Part shown: positions 7,754-10,928 of the stretch, one piece after another
How positions within the stretch are numbered: position 1 is the first letter of the stretch
How the letters are laid out: each line of letters begins with the position of its first letter
NCBI RefSeq assembly: GCF_006345805.1
Contig: NW_021827242.1
Coordinates: 1-10,928 of the forward strand
DNA length: 10,928 nucleotides
Direction of reading: 5' to 3'
DNA from: Octopus sinensis
Taxonomy: Eukaryota
Translations under genes and position numbers: made by a program
The notes under the pieces: model-generated
Database searches by the model: none
The model's input: the letters and a program-made list of their open reading frames with translations, nothing else
What the model was told of the DNA's origin: nothing

Positions 7754-8040
7754 TCAGATGAAGAGGGGAGGGGAGTTGAGTCCATATGGCACAAAGGAGT
7801 GAAGAGAGAAGATTAATTCCTGTTCACAGTGAAGGCGTGAGTCCGGATGGTCCCTGTGCAAAGACAATCCGAACACAGACAGGTGTTGTAATGAATGACC
7901 GGTAGAGCGGAAATAGCGCGGGACCGGGGTATCATTGCCGCGAACCGGTCAGCCAAGCGGCTTCCCGTTTGACTGATGTACAAAGAAGGGTAGAAAGAGC
8001 AGGAGATGCAGTAAATGACGTTGCTAGATATGCAGGTATC
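7754..8040 (-). pseudogene. GIY-YIG endonuclease domain remnant of a Penelope-like element (Neptune-like pattern), frameshifted
   Basis: 8040-7942: DTCISSNVIYCISCSFYPSLYISQTGSRLADRF. After a deletion and frameshift at ~7940, 7939-7754: GNDTPVPRYFRSTGHSLQHLSVFGLSLHRDHPDSRLHCEQELIFSLHSFVPYGLNSPPLFI*. This fits TCxSxNVIYxIxCxxCxxxYIGQTGRxLxxRFxEH...PVxxHF...H...ExxLIxxLxxxxPxGLN. Confidence 0.88.
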
Positions 8041-8042
8041 TT

Positions 8043-8409
8043 TCTATTCTTTTACCTGTTTCAGTTATTTAACTGCGGACATGCTGAAGCACTGCCTTGA
8101 CCACACCCCGCCCTCCTGGACTTATTTCTTAAGCCTAGTACTTATTCTATTGTCCCCTTTTACCAAACCGCTAACTTCACGGGGACATAAACACACCAAC
8201 ATCGGTTGTCAAGTGGTGATGGTGGACAGATACGCACACACATATATATACGACGGACTTCTTTCAGTTTCCTTCTACCAAATTCACTCACAAGGCTTTG
8301 GTCGACCCGAGGCTATAGTAGAAGACACTTGCTCAAGGTATCATGCAGTGGGACTGAACCTGGAACCATGTAGTTGGGAAACAAGCTGCACAGCCCCGCC
8401 TACGCCTAT
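8043..8409 (-). mobile_element. Near full-length tRNA-derived SINE (resembles the octopus OK-type family)
   Basis: Minus-strand head ataggcgtaggcggggctgtg...ggttccaGGTTCAGTCCCactgc (B-box-like at 8350-8360; A-box region appears deleted). Its 3' part matches the fragment at 1-89. The family name is from memory. Confidence 0.8.
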
Positions 8410-9049
8410 GTTTGGTTTGTTATAATTATTTCCACCTCTACAAGATGTATCATAGTTACCAGATGACAATTAAGACCAGCTCCTTATGAGTAAAGGAAAT
8501 AATCTCAGGACTCAAGTATTTCTCCAAATATGGCATATCATGAAGGAAAAGAGCAGGTTTATTGTCTACGTGCATGTGTAAGCATGTACGAGTGTGAATA
8601 TAGATAATAAGTTACTCGTGAATAGTAACGAACCAAATTAACAATTGTCTTGCTGCTATTTATAACGGTAAACCTGAGGGGAAAATCGTATCACTCTCGA
8701 AAGGAATTGTTTTTATACAATACTTTTTTAACACCATATGTTGTACAAAATGCCTTGCAAAATTTAACCACGGAATTCAGCTATGTCTTTATAACCTGCT
8801 ACGGTCAAATTTGACCTCTGTTCTCATGCGCTTAATAGAACAAAGTACCTGCGCAGCATGGAAGCAAAATGGCACTATTTTTAATTATGCTTCTCTCCCA
8901 CACCAAAGTTCTGGTTTTGTCTCTATGGAAAAGATTCTTGATCAAGAATTGTTAGAGTGTCGAAGGAAATGTCGCGCAGTACTTATTCCACGGCTCTTTA
9001 CGCCGTCAGTTCAGATTTTTTCCCTGGGCTAGCATTGTTTATTTAATCG

Positions 9050-9122
9050 TATGTATGTGTGTGTGTGTGTGCGTATGAGCCTCCCTCTGTGTATGTGTGT
9101 GTGTGTGTATGTGTGTGTGTGT
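9050..9122. repeat. (TG)n microsatellite, interrupted
   Basis: Directly visible. Confidence 0.9.
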
Positions 9123-9147
9123 GTACTCGCATATTTATATATGTATA

Positions 9148-9365
9148 CGAAGGTGTTCTAAAAAGTTCCTGACTTTAAGGGTGTCGCAAAAGGGCTGGCT
9201 GGAGGCCCAGCTTTCCGAGTTGTTTTATACGGCTTTAAAAAAACTGAAAGACCACTGCAGTAAGTGTGTGAATCTGAGAGAGGAATATGTTGAATAAAAT
9301 CATAATTAACTCATCCTCCTGTATTTTCTTTTACCCAAAGTCAGGAAGTGCTCAGCAACCCCTCG
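9148..9365 (+). mobile_element. Internally deleted mariner (Tc1/mariner) non-autonomous element, 218 bp
   Basis: Imperfect TIRs at 9148-9176 and 9337-9365 (21/29 identical, inner 11 nt perfect). TA precedes the left end; the right flank is TT. 9196-9297 encodes WLEAQLSELFYTALKKLKDHCSKCVNLREEYVE*, like the mariner transposase C-terminus FFxxGIxKLxxRWxKCVxxxGEYVE*. Confidence 0.88.
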
Positions 9366-9366
9366 T

Positions 9367-9398
9367 TTATATATACATATATATATACATACATATAA

Positions 9399-9432
<34 letters not shown>

Positions 9433-9674
9433 CTCTGTGTGTGTGTGTGGTCTATGTGTGTGATATACACATATACTTATATGTGCATGCATGTATATGT
9501 GCATCATGTACAACAGTTTTGTACACATGTATATATATATATGTATATTATATATATATATATAATATATATATATATATAATATATATATATAGATATA
9601 TATATAATATATAATATGTATATACGTATACATACATACATATATATTATTATATATATATATATATATATATA
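9367..9674. repeat. Degenerate (TA)n/(TG)n microsatellite
   Basis: Directly visible. Confidence 0.92.
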
Positions 9675-9908
9675 TAATAATTTCTTTACTACCCACATGG
9701 GGCTAAACACAGAGGGGACCAACAAGGACAGACAAACGGATCAAGTCCATTACATCGACCCAGTGCGGACTGGTACTTATTTATCGACCCCGGAAGGATG
9801 AAAGGCAAAGTCGACCTCGGCGGAATTTGAACTCAGAACGTAACGGCAGGCGAAATACGGCTACGCATTTCGCCCGGCGTGCTAACGTCTCTGCCAGCTC
9901 GCCGCCTT
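9675..9908 (-). mobile_element. tRNA-derived SINE (resembles octopus OR-type), with intact-looking A and B boxes
   Basis: Minus strand: aaggcggcgagcTGGCAGAGACGTTag...gaGTTCAAATTCC (9834-9822). It shares its head with 4885-5046 but has a different 3' tail (...gtttgtctgtccttgttggtcccctctgtgtttagccccatgtgggtagtaaagaaatt). Confidence 0.88.
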
Positions 9909-9939
9909 ATATAATATATATATATATATATATAATATA

Positions 9940-10002
<63 letters not shown>

Positions 10003-10245
10003 ATATATTATATATATATATATATGTGTGTGTATGTATACGTATATATATATTTGTATGTATATATACATATATATATATATGTATGTATATATATATG
10101 TACATAATATATATACATATGTACATATATATACATATTTGTGTTATAATATATATACACATGCCACTCACCTGTATATTACTGCATGCATATATAAGTA
10201 TATGTGTATATCACACACATATACATACACACACACATACACATG
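9909..10245. repeat. Degenerate (TA)n/(CA)n microsatellite
   Basis: Directly visible. Confidence 0.92.
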
Positions 10246-10613
10246 TCACAAATTGAAGACAAGAATAATATACAAATGAATTATAATTTTAAAGATACAA
10301 CGAAATGAGAATATATATATATTTATATATATATATATTATATATATTTATATATGAGAACAAAATGCCGACGATTATTTTAGAAGATTTAGCAAATTAA
10401 GTGTAGCGTGAAATTACGCTTGATTTTTCGAAGCTCTAACTTGACAATCAATAAGACTGTTGTTATCATAATGTGAGGTTTTATTGATTTAAAATAGACC
10501 ACCGAATTTGACTCAATTAAAAAAGTTGAAATATATTATAATGTAAAAACAGATAAGCACAAACCACCTAAAGAGAAAGTAAATTTTGTCGTCTCAAAGA
10601 ACACCACAGTTTC

Positions 10614-10632
10614 GTATATACATATATATATC

Positions 10633-10663
<31 letters not shown>

Positions 10664-10700
10664 GAGAGAGAGAGAAAAGAGAAGAGAGGGAGGGAGAGAC
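10614..10700. repeat. Compound (TA)n/(GA)n microsatellite
   Basis: Directly visible. Confidence 0.9.
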
Positions 10701-10928
10701 ATACAAACATACAAACAGAAACCCACATGTACACGCATGCACATGCCCTTACGTCGCAGAAACATACACCATACACATATTATGTATGTAATTCATACAC
10801 ACAATATATAATTTAAATAGTAGGAATATATGTTTATACATACGCATATGCGTGCGTATGTGTGTGAATGTATACGTTCACTGAAATTAATCATATACAT
10901 GTAACACGCATATATGTTTGCAGACACT

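Larger units (their letters stand above)
7042..8040 (-). mobile_element. 5'-truncated Penelope-like retroelement: GIY-YIG remnant, low-complexity 3' region and terminal repeat
   Basis: The endonuclease remnant (8040-7754) and the hammerhead-like terminal repeat (7223-7042) are on the same strand in the order expected for a PLE. Continuity through 7224-7753 is inferred. Confidence 0.75.

Noticed and set aside
7840-7970. CpG-rich patch suggesting a promoter
   Set aside because: Explained by PLE GIY-YIG coding sequence on the minus strand.
8811-9032. 73-aa ORF with a non-canonical start
   Set aside because: No recognisable motif or flanking splice signals; the length is within chance.
9820-9908. 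tRNA gene (A and B boxes present; also 4960-5046 and 8345-8409)
   Set aside because: These are SINE heads continuing into repeat bodies, with no proper cloverleaf.
1-10928. CRISPR array or prokaryotic operon
   Set aside because: No repeat-spacer structure and no gene-dense organisation; the content is eukaryotic repeat DNA.

Overview
Eukaryotic, AT-rich, microsatellite-dense DNA. The SINE families look like those I recall from Octopus (coleoid cephalopod); this is an inference, not a database result. There is no intact gene, and nearly all ORFs in the supplied track are microsatellite artefacts. Manual translation shows a layered set of mobile-element remnants: a decayed CR1/L2-group LINE ORF2 (~1340-3020, +), an RTE-clade LINE fragment split by a later insertion (5180-5469 and 5737-5929, +), the 3' part of a Penelope-like element (PLE) with a GIY-YIG endonuclease remnant (8040 to 7042, -), four tRNA-derived SINE copies or fragments, and a 218-bp internally deleted mariner. 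The most notable structure is a pair of ~95% identical PLE 3' termini in inverted, tail-to-tail orientation (5470-5652 and 7042-7223). Each carries a degenerate minimal hammerhead-ribozyme-like motif and a (TAGA)n tail, and together they enclose a candidate 144-nt symmetric coding exon (6015-6158). A third, unrelated hammerhead-like motif with a compensatory U3-A8 core lies at 3657-3696 (-). A SINE at 9675-9908 sits between inverted copies of a degenerate microsatellite.
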